Assembly: GCA_047495785.1 (NCBI GenBank)
Contig: JBLDXI010000036.1
Span: 744,001 to 808,000 of the forward strand
Length of the DNA stretch: 64,000 nt
From: Lepidodermella squamata
Taxonomy: Eukaryota > Animalia > Gastrotricha
Direction of reading: 5' to 3'
Positions 10,661 through 23,097 of the stretch are shown here, piece by piece. How positions within the stretch are numbered: the first letter of the stretch is position 1; every line of letters starts with the position of its first letter. The position numbers and the translations under genes are program-made. A model generated the notes under the pieces. That model was given only the letters and a program-made list of their open reading frames with translations, had not been told where the DNA came from and did not search any database.

Positions 10661-12997
10661 ATGAATATCGTTCTTTTGTCGATCTCGGTTTGTTTCGGGG
10701 CAGCTTTTGCCGCGGAAAACGTAACACAGCCTGTCACTTTGAAACTGTTGATGATGTACGCAATGACTGGGGCATTCATCAAATTCGAAGACGCCCCAGC
10801 TACGGCTCAACTCGTCGCGAAGCTGATCAACAATCGGAGCGACATTTTGCCTGGATACAAGCTCGAAATCGAAATCGGAGACGAATCGATCAACTCGGGT
10901 AGATCCGTCCTGGCTGCTGTTAATTTCTCGAGATCAATGGAAAACAACAATCAGGTCATTCCTTCGCCTATAGTAATTGGAGCTAGCGTTACAACGGCTT
11001 GCAAAGCTCTCGGAGCAACCCTATCTTACTTCGACTACGTCGCTCTTTCAACAGGTTGCGTGGCTGACGTAACGAGCAACAATAACCGATTTCCGAACCT
11101 ATTTCTATCAACCGGCGTTTCGTCGACGAAAAACTACGGCATTATTCGATTTTTTCAAGAAATCGGGAAGTGGAACAGATTCGCTCTGCTTGTTTACGCT
11201 CAGGCATCAAGTGAGGTCTTTGAAGAAACTATCCACTTTAAAACCACGGCGGTAAATCGAGGTATGCAGGTTTCCTGGTTTAATGCCGTTCTCAACTTTG
11301 ACCTAGAAACAGCTTCGTCCTTGAAAAATAGTGGCTCAAGGGTAATTTATATCGCAGCTAATAGTAAAAGCTTCATGGTAATGTTCTACTGCTATACTTA
11401 CATGGTTGGCATGGCAGGGAAAAGATTCGTATTTTTCACTGGGGATAACAACTTTCCTGATCCAGCTTTCATACCTGAATGTACCCTGCCTGAGGGTTGC
11501 AGTAGAGCTGCACTTTATGAGCAGATCAAATCATCATTCTGGACAGGAATTCTCGATGGGTCTCAAGTCCCACAGGCCAAATCATACCTTGGTTTAAATC
11601 AGTCTCAATTCGACGAGTTATTGTTCGAGTTCAAGAAATCTCGCATGAAAGGCCAGGATTTCGACTTCAGGTTCTTGGTTCACGACGTAACATCAATCGC
11701 AGCTGTTGCCCTCAATTCAGCGGATCAAATATTATCGAAGCAAAACATGTCCTTGAGAGACTTCAAATCCCAACCAAAAGTTGTCTCGGATGTGATAAAG
11801 CAAGCTTTTCGAACAATCGACTTTTCGGGGCTAAGAAATTCCAGGATCAGGTACGATGAGAACGGATCGTTCTACGGCATGTTGATCAACATTGATTACT
11901 GGACACCGAAAACTGGTTTCCAAAAGGTGATCGCAATGGACCATGATGGGAATGTATCTGATTCGAAAAGTTACTCCGTGAAGCAAATTGTACAGAATTT
12001 CCCTTGGCTAACTACCGATGGCAAACCTCCGAAAGATCAAGTGAACAACATGCAAATTCTTCACGCAATTGTATTTGAATCTGAAAGGGCCATTTGGGTG
12101 ATTAGCATCATAGTAAGCTTGTTACAAATCGCAGGCCTTGCTTTCACCCGTCAACTCAGGTCGATCAATCAAAACTTTGAGCTGACCCATCCCAACGTGA
12201 AATGTTTCGGCATTTTCGGTTGCCTTTTTCTGAACTTGGGATCATTCCTATGCGCAACTGGGATAAGCAAAGCTTTACCAGGTGCGATTCTGGCATGTCT
12301 AATTTTTGGACTAGCCGTCATCACCTGGGCCACTGGAGTTAGAATCGTCATTGTTGAACTAGCTATTCATTCGAAACTCCGCAAAGTCAGCTCAAGGATA
12401 TCTTCCCATTTGTTCCGAACTGGGAAGAGAAAGCTGAAAAGATTGAATGAACGCCAGCTCACAGTTCTGAACGAAGTTACTGGCAAGATTGAAAACGAAA
12501 TCATCGTGGCGGGTCGGGTCAGTTTCAAAGCTATGGCGATGTACCTGGCCATCCATATTGCTTTCCTTGCTACGTGGCTGGTTGTAGTCCCATTCGAATG
12601 CAGGCTGAAGCATTTTTCGATTGATGAATACAACGAGGAAACTGATACGAAGCTGGAACATTCAGTTATTGAGTGCATGTCTGGCGATCACGTTGTTTGG
12701 GCACTTTCGTTTCTCATCTTCCATGAGATTTTACTCATCGCTTTAGGATTTCTTGCCATCCTACTTCGGTCGTCGAAAAGGAATCGATTGTGCCCGGAGT
12801 TCAATCATAACTCTTTATTGATAATGTTGGGTATAGCGATTTATATCATCGGTATATTTGCTCTGCTAATCGTCGATAATCCTCTGATGCGGCTTGAAGT
12901 TGTAGCCGGGCTCAGTTTGGTGTATTCGGGTCTTTCTAGTGCTACGTGGATCGAGCCAACTATTGCAATGTACCAGTCAAGTGGAGTCCGCGTGTAG
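10661..12997 (+). CDS. Class C GPCR, GABA-B-receptor-like (Venus flytrap domain + 7TM), intronless
   Basis: Signal peptide; INNRSDILPGYKL, RFPNLF, W.RFA and GKPPKD motifs of the ANF-receptor/GABA-B family; seven hydrophobic helices; no Cys-rich linker. Confidence 0.85.
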   Translation: MNIVLLSISVCFGAAFAAENVTQPVTLKLLMMYAMTGAFIKFEDAPATAQLVAKLINNRSDILPGYKLEIEIGDESINSGRSVLAAVNFSRSMENNNQVIPSPIVIGASVTTACKALGATLSYFDYVALSTGCVADVTSNNNRFPNLFLSTGVSSTKNYGIIRFFQEIGKWNRFALLVYAQASSEVFEETIHFKTTAVNRGMQVSWFNAVLNFDLETASSLKNSGSRVIYIAANSKSFMVMFYCYTYMVGMAGKRFVFFTGDNNFPDPAFIPECTLPEGCSRAALYEQIKSSFWTGILDGSQVPQAKSYLGLNQSQFDELLFEFKKSRMKGQDFDFRFLVHDVTSIAAVALNSADQILSKQNMSLRDFKSQPKVVSDVIKQAFRTIDFSGLRNSRIRYDENGSFYGMLINIDYWTPKTGFQKVIAMDHDGNVSDSKSYSVKQIVQNFPWLTTDGKPPKDQVNNMQILHAIVFESERAIWVISIIVSLLQIAGLAFTRQLRSINQNFELTHPNVKCFGIFGCLFLNLGSFLCATGISKALPGAILACLIFGLAVITWATGVRIVIVELAIHSKLRKVSSRISSHLFRTGKRKLKRLNERQLTVLNEVTGKIENEIIVAGRVSFKAMAMYLAIHIAFLATWLVVVPFECRLKHFSIDEYNEETDTKLEHSVIECMSGDHVVWALSFLIFHEILLIALGFLAILLRSSKRNRLCPEFNHNSLLIMLGIAIYIIGIFALLIVDNPLMRLEVVAGLSLVYSGLSSATWIEPTIAMYQSSGVRV

Positions 12998-13589
12998 CCA
13001 AGGAAAAGGCTCGCTGAGTTACTAACGTTTAAAACTGAAATAAATGATATGCTGTTAACACAAGTGACAGAAGTACGTGTCCAACGCAAGCAAAGAAAAT
13101 ACCCGCCAAAGGGTTGACGTACGACATGCTAAATTACGACATGCTAAAGGGTTCAGAAATTCTATATTGAGAGACGAAGTCACATCTCATCGTCAGAAAA
13201 TATTTAGAGAAATTCAAAAAATCACGAAGAGTAACTAAGTATGTCACTTGTTAATGGAATTTCAAAGAGTCCAGAGAAACTCCGTCCGAACAGGTAAAAT
13301 ACCGAAAATTACAGTTACCGGGGTTCTACGGGGTTTTACGGGTTTTCTCTCCTGACATTTTTTATTTCTCAGGTTAAATTGCCGATGAACGATGGAATAT
13401 TTTCCCCGTGTGTTAAATTTAAAAAAAACTTTCGTCAACTTACTAAACGTTGCCAAATGTACAACAATTGGAACTTCATTGCAGTAAAGAAAAGCTCGAC
13501 CTTTGAGCTATGCGACAGTACCCCATGTACTTCGAGATTTACGTCGATGGTGGTTTGAACTTTTTTCATAGTCTAATTATTGTCTATAC

Positions 13590-15118
13590 CAGCGTTTCCC
13601 AAACCGTGTCCTATAGGACACTCGTGTACTAAGCCAACTTTCCAGTGTCCTGTAGGACACTGGTGTCCTATGGCCCTCAAAATGACAAAAGGACAATAAT
13701 AGGTAGATCCACACTAAGAAATAAGGCATTTTGGACAATTTTCAGACTCAAAATCGGGAAAAAACCGTCAGCTAAAGCTCGCTTCGCTCGCGAGTTGGCT
13801 ATTTATGAAATATTTAATGAAAACGTCCGATGGGACGTGAACCGGTGCTTTCTGCGTGGCGTGGTAAGGCCGAATCTCTGATCAAGAGACAATATTAAAT
13901 AAGAAAACTAATTTTTAAACTGACCTTGTTATTAAAGCACGTTACAGATTGAACCTGACGACATCCCTAGTGAAAATATCGGGTAAAATTTTTCAAAGCC
14001 ACTTTAAGCAGGGTTCAGTGAAACCCAAGAATGCGTTATTTTACATTTGCTAACAAGTAAAATGCATTTTGGCAAATTTAACCATGCTCATTGGCGTGGA
14101 CTTGTAGGTTTTGGTTTAGGGCAGTGGTGCATATGCAAACGAATTTACTGGTTTTGAATAATTTCACCTTATGACCCACACCCAAAGTAAAAATGCCCTA
14201 AAATTTTGAAGATTTTTGCATTTTTCGAGTTGCGGCACTTGATGGCCGTTGTGCGTTGTCATATATATTTCTTGTTTTTTATAAAAAAATGAAACGCATA
14301 ACATATGCTGTAATTGTTAAGATTTGCTGCATTTGATATCATTGCTACTACTGTCGGTCAGAAGTTGTTAAACAAGAGACCGTTTTTCCAATAAAACAAG
14401 ACCGTTGGAAAAAAAAAAGCACTTGATGGCCGTGAGGGCCCCCAGCTGTCCATAAGGCCTAAAAGGTGTCTGGCAAATGGCCTGCCACCCACCATACGTT
14501 ACCTATACAGTACCTTTACGGTTCGATATTTGACATAAAAATACACGAAAACCGGTAAATTGGCTATCATAGTATAGCTATAACATAGCTGTCATATTGT
14601 AAAATTGCGCATTCTGAATTCTGCACACCGACGTATCCAAGCCACAATTCAGATTAGTCTTGTTTGGGGGTCTCAAAAAGTGCTTTATTATGCGCTAATC
14701 TGAAAGCCGGAAAATGACCTTAAAAACACTAAATTTTGCAATATTCTGCAATCGAAATTTTCACTAGGGATGATTAATCGAAATTTCATAATTAAGAGCG
14801 AAAACCTCAGAATGAATTTATGGGAAAATTTTGAATGTTTACGACGTTATACGTCGTTTTTCAGTGTCGAATTCTACAAATTTCCTCCCTTCGCTCGCGT
14901 TTAGTTTAATTTTCACCTGGGATTTTATCAATTTCAAGCTAGGTTCCCATCAAAAACCAATTTGAACCAGCAATCAATTTTTGAGCTAAGAATTGATTTT
15001 TAGCTCAAAAATTGTACCCATTCCCAACCACATTTTAGTCATTTTATCAAGGTGTCCTACGAGCCATTTTCATAGGACACTACTGTGTCATACGAGACAA
15101 AAAGTTTGGGAACCGCTG
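13590..15118. mobile_element. Non-autonomous hAT (Charlie-like) DNA transposon
   Basis: TIR CAGCG(T/G)TTCCCAAAC; perfect 8-bp TSD GTCTATAC (13582-13589 and 15119-15126); subterminal GTGTCCT..AGGACAC motifs. Confidence 0.9.
13965..14769. mobile_element. Nested CCC...GGG element with 2-bp TSD (CMC/EnSpm-like), inside the hAT element
   Basis: TIR CCCTAGTGAAAAT(A/T)TCG; AT on both flanks. Confidence 0.7.
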
Positions 15119-15326
15119 GTCTATACATTCACAGCTTCATTCTAAATTCTGAAGTTCTTCATTCGTTCTATAGTCCAAGTACAGCCAAAGACGGATGAAA
15201 GAGGAAGACGGATGAGGTTGCCAGAGCTACCATCCGTTAAGATCGATTGCAGCCAATTAATCAAATTGACGCGCCTTCTTCTTTCAGGGCCATTACCATT
15301 CATCGTGTTATTGTATTTTCAGAAAA

Positions 15327-16559
15327 ATGGACTTGTTTAGACATTTAACTGTTCTAAGTTTGTTCATTTTTACTTTGCTCAAAGGCAGAATCATTTGTAA
15401 CGGAACGCCGTTAAGCCGGGAAGCTGATTCCTTTCTAAGAGCTAAATTCTTCGACGAATGTCACGCTAACGACGGCTTTTACAGCCACAAGGTCAATTTG
15501 GAACTCCTGTTCTACGTCTTCAATCTCGTTGAATTCAACGAACAATCCGAGCTGATGTCGATATTCGCTACCCTCAACATTTGCTGGTCGGACGAATGTG
15601 TTCGTTGGGACAACAGCATTGAACAACTCGAGTCAAACCAGTCAAAATCAATCGCAGACGAAATCCGAAACATCACGCACGTCGCGTTGCCGAGTGATTT
15701 GTTCTGGAAGCCAGTGATGATTCACCGAAATAGCCCGACTGATGTACAGGCGATTGCCGAAAATGGTAAAAATCTTCTGACCAACATTTTCCGAAATGGC
15801 TGGGTCGAATGGTCGCCGACCGGTACGTGGACAACTTCATGCCCTCTGCATCTTAAATTGTTCCCGTTTGATACTCAAACTTGCATGTTCGCTTTCGAGT
15901 TGTGGGATACGCAGTTTTACACTAATATAACAGTTGCTGATATCATGTTAGACATCGAGAATCCAGAGGGTTTCACCAGCTCGATGGCTGTTTGGAAGCT
16001 GGTCAGTTACCGCAGCGAGGTGACAAAAACTTGCTATCCAATGGGAAATCCGCCGACGATTCATTGTTCGGGAGAAGCCCATTACTACTTCACGGTAAAA
16101 CGAAAAGTTGAACCTTATTTATATGCGATTTTCATCCCGGCTGTATCGCTGGTCCTTCTGCAAATCAGCCCGTTTGCCATGGCGCCGCACAACCCGGAGA
16201 GAGCTGAGTATTCAGTGTCGATCCTATTAGCTTTTGCAGTCATTCATGGAATGGTGCAACAAGAAATCCCACATACAGCCGAGACGGTTTATTTCGTGGT
16301 CTATCTCAATGTCAACATCTTAGTTGGAACTTTCTGTTCGGTGTATTCAGTCATCAGCGTTGGACTATCGGAAATGTTGGCTGGGAAAAAGGGCGAGCCG
16401 ATGAAGATAACACTTATTCCGTTCAATTACTCATGCCAGCGAAAGCCTTTTCGGATCAATGCCGTTAGGTTTATTGACATCATTGTTTTCGCTGTAATAT
16501 TGATCACCCTCATTATAACGCATATTGTATTCTTCAAGTTGATGACGACTAATTGGTAG
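15327..16559 (+). CDS. Divergent Cys-loop ligand-gated ion channel subunit, intronless
   Basis: Signal peptide; WKP loop A; Cys-loop CPLHLKLFPFDTQTC (C-x13-C); TVKRK pre-M1; four TM helices; M2 ERAEYSVSILLAFAV. Confidence 0.9.
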   Translation: MDLFRHLTVLSLFIFTLLKGRIICNGTPLSREADSFLRAKFFDECHANDGFYSHKVNLELLFYVFNLVEFNEQSELMSIFATLNICWSDECVRWDNSIEQLESNQSKSIADEIRNITHVALPSDLFWKPVMIHRNSPTDVQAIAENGKNLLTNIFRNGWVEWSPTGTWTTSCPLHLKLFPFDTQTCMFAFELWDTQFYTNITVADIMLDIENPEGFTSSMAVWKLVSYRSEVTKTCYPMGNPPTIHCSGEAHYYFTVKRKVEPYLYAIFIPAVSLVLLQISPFAMAPHNPERAEYSVSILLAFAVIHGMVQQEIPHTAETVYFVVYLNVNILVGTFCSVYSVISVGLSEMLAGKKGEPMKITLIPFNYSCQRKPFRINAVRFIDIIVFAVILITLIITHIVFFKLMTTNW

Positions 16560-17275
16560 GCGGAGTTATTAATATTTAATTAATGAAATTAGAAGGGATC
16601 CTCATGCTCGTGCCTACTGATTTTGTTTGCAAAAAGTAAAAAATACTGAACCAATTAAGGCGGAGCGAGGGTTAAATTCGGCTGGTCTCTTGTGCAAAGC
16701 TGGAATCAGGCTAAGATTTGTTGCCTGTGATTTTGCTGAAAATGACCAAAAATACGAGCTTCCTTCGAATTATGCGAATCAATTCTGAATCAGTTTTGGA
16801 CTAAGTTTAGCCTCAGGTCGGCTCAATAAGTCATTTTCATCCAGTTTTGTTACATTCCGACTACGTACGAACCTTCGGACAAGAAAATACAACCGCTACA
16901 CATTTCAAACAAGCTGTTATTTATTTCAAAGATCTTGCAAAGATCCGGTAGGTGGAATAGGAGGAATGCTGAAAAAACGGTTGGGTCCATAAAAACACGT
17001 AGAAAACACATCAGCTCCCGGATCCTACTTCGCACACCGCAAACAAATTGAAATGAGATTATTTCCCTCATGAGAGGTGCAAACTGTAGAACTGTACTAA
17101 AACTGCGAAAAAAGATATCAGTGTGCAATCGATTGGCTACTAACAGGATACCTGCCCGTCATCAATGAATCTAACAAGCATAATTTTGTAGTTCTCGCCC
17201 ATCAGCTCGATCAATCATATCGGGTATGCTGCGCATCATGGGGCAACAGTCGATATAATTTTGTTACACCACGCG

Positions 17276-19017
17276 TCAAAGTTCGTCATCAGCTGCGTTG
17301 CAATCTGGACGCTGGTAACCGTCCGGGCAGTCGCATAGCTTGTAAACACATCTTTTCGCCACTTTGCAATCGCAAATTGCTATAGAAATTAATATTTCAT
17401 TAAAAGATGAGATGGTAGTCTCAGGGACTCCTTACCTCGCGTACAATTAGGGCCCGTTTTCCATTTGTTAAAACACGTGCACGTATCAGGGCCAATGCAG
17501 TAAGCATATTTCGAGCAAATCGTGTTACCACAAATTTCTGGTTTATAAATTTGTTCAAAGCCTTGAAACCTCTTCTAAGAAACGAACGATTAGTGCAGAA
17601 CTGGCCCGTCCAGCCTGGTTTGCAAAAGCATCTATTACTGCCCACGCAAATGCCCTTATGAGCGCCAAATCGGTTTCGGGCCAGTTCCAAAATCGACATT
17701 CGAGCCTGAAGCAAACCGTGGTCTCACGACGTTTCTATCATGAATTCGAGACTTACTTAACGGGTAGAACCTCAGATCGCTTAGCTGGATGGAAGCAGTA
17801 TAGCCATAGTTATATCCAATAATCCCAATCACGGGCGGTTGAACAGTCGTTTCCTTGAATGGTAGGAATTTTGGCAGAACCAGGCCGCTGAAAATTGCCT
17901 TACAGGCGTAGAAACTGCATATGTCCATCGAAAGAATTGAACCGTTACGAATGACCAGGCCAACGTGGTGCCTAGCCATAATCCACGCGCCATTTACCGG
18001 AGAACTAGGACTAGTGTTTACTGGGAAAAAAAACATTTCTACTCGGAATTTATCAGCAACACAGCAAGCTACGTGAAAAATTAGCGGATATACTGACAGG
18101 CGAGCTGATTATAGTGCTAACATTGACATTGTACCACAGCGAAACTCGGGCGTATAAACCTATGAAATTTGGCACTGTTTCGTAAACAGCGATTGGGTAG
18201 GTTGCCGTTGACGAATTTGAAGTGATCACAAAGGCATAGCCATCGAAGCCACCACCAGAGCCGTAGATCGTGAAATTTATTGAGAAGTCAGTGAACGGCA
18301 TGGTCTAAAACATTAACATTATAATTTTTCATCTCCTTTTTCATGCTCACTCTCGTATTCCAGAAAGCGGTTTGTGTAACTGATTCATTCCTAGTAAGGT
18401 AAACCGGGGCAGTTCCAATGTTGCTCAGAACTTTATTGCTTCTTAACCACCAATTTTCAGCTAGAAAAACATCAATGAGAATATGGTAAATATGAAGAGA
18501 TCTGCTCACTATAACTTGTTCCATCAATGACCGAATATTCTTGCAGATAGCTGGAAGGGTCCGACAGGGGGGTGCCTCTCACTATTGCGGGAGGTTTTCG
18601 TAGATTAAATAGCCTTCGCGAGCTACTGGAACTTACATAGCGAGCAATCAGACCCAGTGAATCGGGCCAGGCATGAACAAACGTTTGGAGCAGTGCAGGC
18701 ACCGCCTCGGGACTGGCATGGTGGCGAGCAGATGGCTAGAAGAAAATGATGGTTTCATCAAAGAAATTAAACTCGCAATGTATACCGCTGGTGCAGCTTG
18801 ATCCGGTCCAGCCCGGAAACGCAGCTACAAACTCCGGGGGCAGTTAATGTTCCCCCGTTAGAACAGGCTGGATATAGGCAAATTCACATGACTATCGGCA
18901 GAAAGCTAGAGAAAATCGCTTACTTATCCCGAATGTCTGTCCGACGAGAATGACTAATACAAAGCCTTGAATGAGGAAAATCCTCAGGATGAATCGTCCA
19001 CAAAAAGTATGCATCAT
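17276..19017 (-). CDS. Secreted EGF-repeat + ConA/LamG-like protein, multi-exon, with two apparent +1 frameshifts
   Basis: Signal peptide MMHTFCGRFILRIFLIQGFVLVILVGQTFG; EGF exons (ICSPPCQSRGGACTAPNVCSCLARFTGSDC; GICVGSNRCFCKPGWTGQFC; ICSKYAYCIGPDTCTC); beta-sandwich segment FSINFTIY..DGYAFVI...HHVGLVI...LSDLRFY. Confidence 0.7.
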
Positions 19018-20154
19018 TTGTAGAAAAATAACTTTGCAGTGTTTTGGTTTTGTAGTTTTGAATATATGTGGTTCTATGACATTGTTCCACTGTATATAAT
19101 CGATTGGCTACCAGAGGAATATTCATCAGTCTTCTCGATCGATTTAGATCTACGTATTTCACACTCTGTTTCTCAATCAATTTTTTTGAATCCAAGTGAT
19201 TTTCGATCAACTGAAAGAATTCGAGTTGTCACTCAAATTCATCGATTGATTTTGAATTTTTAGGCTGCCAGCTCTCAACAGGAATTTCAACATTCCTCGA
19301 TGTAATATATTTCCAAGAAATTTATTGTTTCAAATCAAATCAGATCTGTGTTTTACACTTTGAACATTAGCCGAATATTCAATATTGTTCTCACGGTTTG
19401 ATCGACTAAATGACGTCGATTATCATGAAGATAATTCTAATATCGGTTGCCTAGTTTCATGTCTCGCAATCACTTCGAGAAACAGGTCAACTTTCGAGTC
19501 AGATAAAAGTGTTCGATTACTAGAATAATGAGTTCATTCAGCCTCAAAAACATCGAAGCAGCTCTAAATCAGCAGGGAAAAATCATTTTCGAATCGACTC
19601 AAAGTTACAAGCCTGAGCATTACTGGGGACATCGTGAACTGATTGCCGACGATCAATCCTTTTTGAACTTTATTTGAGTTATTATGATTTGAACTAACCA
19701 CAGCACAAACGTGCTATGTGATCAAAGGCTAAATCTCACTCAACCTGCGTCATCCCACTCGTAACTTCATAGGGGACATACGATGTACTAATTTGCGCAA
19801 AACAGAGTTTATGGTATTATTTTTCCGGCTGTCGGGGAAGAAAATAGCATGATATATTAAAAATATTGCGACCATGCGATCACAAGAACTGCGCAATCGC
19901 ATATGTTTATGAAGTATTTTAGGCGAATCTCCGAGTCCCCTGACCAGCACAGTGTATTTATTTGTTACGCAACAAGGTGAGAACAGGTGGGGCTAGCGTC
20001 AAGTCATTTCATCTTTTTTGAATGCGAGAGGAAATTTGAATTCATAATTGAGACATGAATATGAATGAACCATAGAGAAAAAAATGACCAGAGTAAGCAC
20101 TCAAGCTAAAATTTTGATCTCCATTATTATAGAAGTGCGTTCGCAAAACGGATA

Positions 20155-21938
20155 CAGTGCTCCCTCGATAAAAGCACTGGGTCGGGAGCCAGACGCGGTC
20201 TTTAAACAAGGGAAAGCTATAACGAGGGCTGTAATTGAATGCAGTAGCTAAAAATAGACCGTTTCTACGTCTTAAGACAGTTGCCATGCCAACGCGCAGA
20301 AAGAGACGGACACGGATTACGTGTCATTGCAAATTTCGCTCGCTAAAGACTGTTAAACAATAACACTATTAATCACTAGTTCTTCGCCAAGTTTTTATTC
20401 TTATTTGCCAGGGCGGCTTTGATATGACTGGATGGCCTTGTTTTTTTACTCTGATTTTAAGTCCTGCCTGGGGTTAACGAACTCAGAATAAAAAAACCTG
20501 GAATCTCATTATTTCAATTTACTTCAAAAATGCCCAGCTCGTCCGATTTCGCAAACAAATTTCATTTGAAATCACAGCTTAAAAAAATCGATCACCCTGG
20601 TCAAGATTGACCAGAATACTTCTGAATAAATCACCAGCAAATTCAGCCAAACATTCTCAAGATAATGCTGTGTTCAATTCATATAACTCATGCTTAGCCT
20701 AAAATTCGTAAAATTATTTAAAAAATAATATGAAATTTGAAACAATTAGGATGACAAAATGTATTTTCGACAATTTTTTCCCGGTTAACCTGACTTTTTC
20801 TTTTTTAAATTCATCGAATTAATGGTATTGAGCAATCACGGACCGATTTCAAGGCATAAGACGTGTGGTTCCATCAAGAGGGAAGAGGGAACAAGAGGGT
20901 GTTTATATTGAATGGAATAAATTTGTATCTTCTCAGGCGTGATCATTTTCATTCGACTGGCCTATTAGGATCAAGGTAAAAATCGGGCAGAAGCTCCCGC
21001 CGCCCCTCCTCGGGATGTTGCGATTTTCAAAGTCAAAATCGAATTATTAAAAGTTGTACAAAAAACCCGTAAAATTGCCAAGGCGTTGAGCAATGAAATC
21101 GTAGAGTAGTGGCAGCCAGTTTCATGTTAGATCAGGCCTATCGACTATCGAAAATCGGCTAATAATCCAATAACTCAGGACAACTGGAACGATTGAAAAC
21201 GGTCTAATTTTATGAGAATAAATCCATGTATCGAAATTAAAATAAATCGTAAAACAAGGACGCGTTTCTTCATGATTACGCAACACAGCCGGGAACAAAA
21301 TTGGGAAAACTGAAGTTTCAGTTTCCTTAAAAAAACACGATTTATATCCTAATTTGATCATGCTACATAATAATGCTGGTAAATTTCAAGAGATTTTCTG
21401 GCCGGGAAAAAGCTAAAAATTGAAAAATCAGGGCAATTCAGATGAGTCTTTTAGTTGATCAGCAATTGGCCTGAGGGAAAATCTGCAAATCAAGGAGAGC
21501 TAAGATTGACGGGCATTTTTATTGTTATTGAAATGAATCGCTGATTTTGTCTGATAAATTGGCGTAATTTCTGATAGAAAAATTTAACAAAAAACAAAAG
21601 TTTAACTCGCAGCACGACTTGAGTGGCAGCTAATCCTCACACTCTGTTGCATAATCACAGCCATTTCAAAGCCACAGGAACAGTTTAATGCACTGATGAT
21701 CTTTCGGTTTGAACTTAACTTGAAAAAACTGGATCTCTCAAAACCACGACAACGCACCGCTAGGTTTCTAGGAACGCTTTATTATTTTAATTTTTCACGC
21801 TTAATTTTTTAAATCTATCAAATAATTATTTTTTGTTTAATTACAAATTTACAACTAATTTATTTGGCAGGGTCCAAAATAACGGTCTACAAACGAGGGA
21901 GTTCTTTTAAGGAGGGTGCCACTAACGAGGGAGCACTG
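20155..21938. mobile_element. 1784-bp non-autonomous Tc1/mariner (pogo-like) element, copy 1
   Basis: TIR CAGTGCTCCCTCG; TA TSD; apparently identical to 34539-36322; no transposase ORF. Confidence 0.92.
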
Positions 21939-21949
21939 TATCTCCGTTG

Positions 21950-22581
21950 TTTACCAAATTTTGCATGCCTATAGAACGCGAGCTGCTCTTTCACGTGGTA
22001 TAAGATTTGAGGTGGGCAATTGCTGCTCAGTCTTGATCTCTTCAAAATAAGCAAAAGCAGGGACCAGGGGTTTATCCAGCTTGTTGTCTGAGGGGATGAG
22101 TTACAAAATTGAGGAGTTTTGGAGGTTAAAAAATATGGCGCTCGCTCGCGGATAATCACTTTTTGCTCCTATATTTCTATTATTTTACATTATTTTATGA
22201 GAGAAATTGCGCGCTATTTCACTTTTCTTCGTGCTGTGCGGCTTTTTATTCGAGTGTGCGTTGTGCGCGCTCAAATTTGTCGCTCAAAATGCGGCACGCA
22301 ATACTGGTTACGCAACCAGCATTAGTGCGCGCGCTCATTGTCACAGTCACACGCTAAATTCGAATATGCAAATTAACATAACAGTGCTGTTTAAACTGTT
22401 TCGAGAAGGTCGACTAAAGAAGTCGACTACTAAGGTAAGTTCTGTTAAGGCTGCCGCCCCTACGGGATCAGTCATGAATTGCACAATACTATTACTGTCT
22501 CTAAAATTTAGGGGATGGCCACTGGGGGATGGCCACGAGAAAGAGCAGCTCGCGTTCTATAGGCATGCAAAATTTGGTAAA
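21950..22581. mobile_element. About 630-bp element with 49-bp terminal inverted repeats
   Basis: TTTACCAAATTTTGCATGCCTATAGAACGCGAGCTGCTCTTTC(A/T)CGTGG occurs inverted at both ends; no clear TSD. Confidence 0.75.
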
Positions 22582-23097
22582 GTCAACTTTAAATAAAAAT
22601 GAAGATTTAGAAATTTTAGCTTGAGTGCTTACTCTGGTCATTTTTTTTCTCTATGGAATGAACGTCCTGAAACTTGAATCCTATCTTTCTCTATTGAGCC
22701 TTCAAAGATGAGGGAGTGTAGCATGGCTAATCCGTCTAGCCGATAACCGCGAACGTGTGATACAGCGAAAATCGGATCTCTTGCAGCCCTAACTGCAAGA
22801 AGTTCCGAGTCTTCAAATGTCGATAGTATATGGGTACGGTCAAGCCAATTATCACGTTTGCATTGGCTCGTCTTAATTTGGTTCATAGACGTATCGCAGT
22901 TTGCAGTTACGGAGTCAGACGTCCAAAATGTTAGAATTTCGTGTTTGCGTAGTGAAGGTATGTCATTATTCTTCAAAATACTAACGAGGATAATTAGGAA
23001 GATCATAGAGCACTATAAAAGTCGAGTTTTTCAGTGCCTCAAATGAAAGCTTCGCTAGAGCCGTCTGTACTTGATCTGTAACATCGATAGTCGAGAA

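Noticed and set aside
21122-21361. Identical 79-aa ORFs at 21122 and 35506, and the duplicated ORFs at 54800/56416 and 55510/57127
   Set aside because: Chance ORFs inside non-autonomous transposon copies; no transposase motifs.
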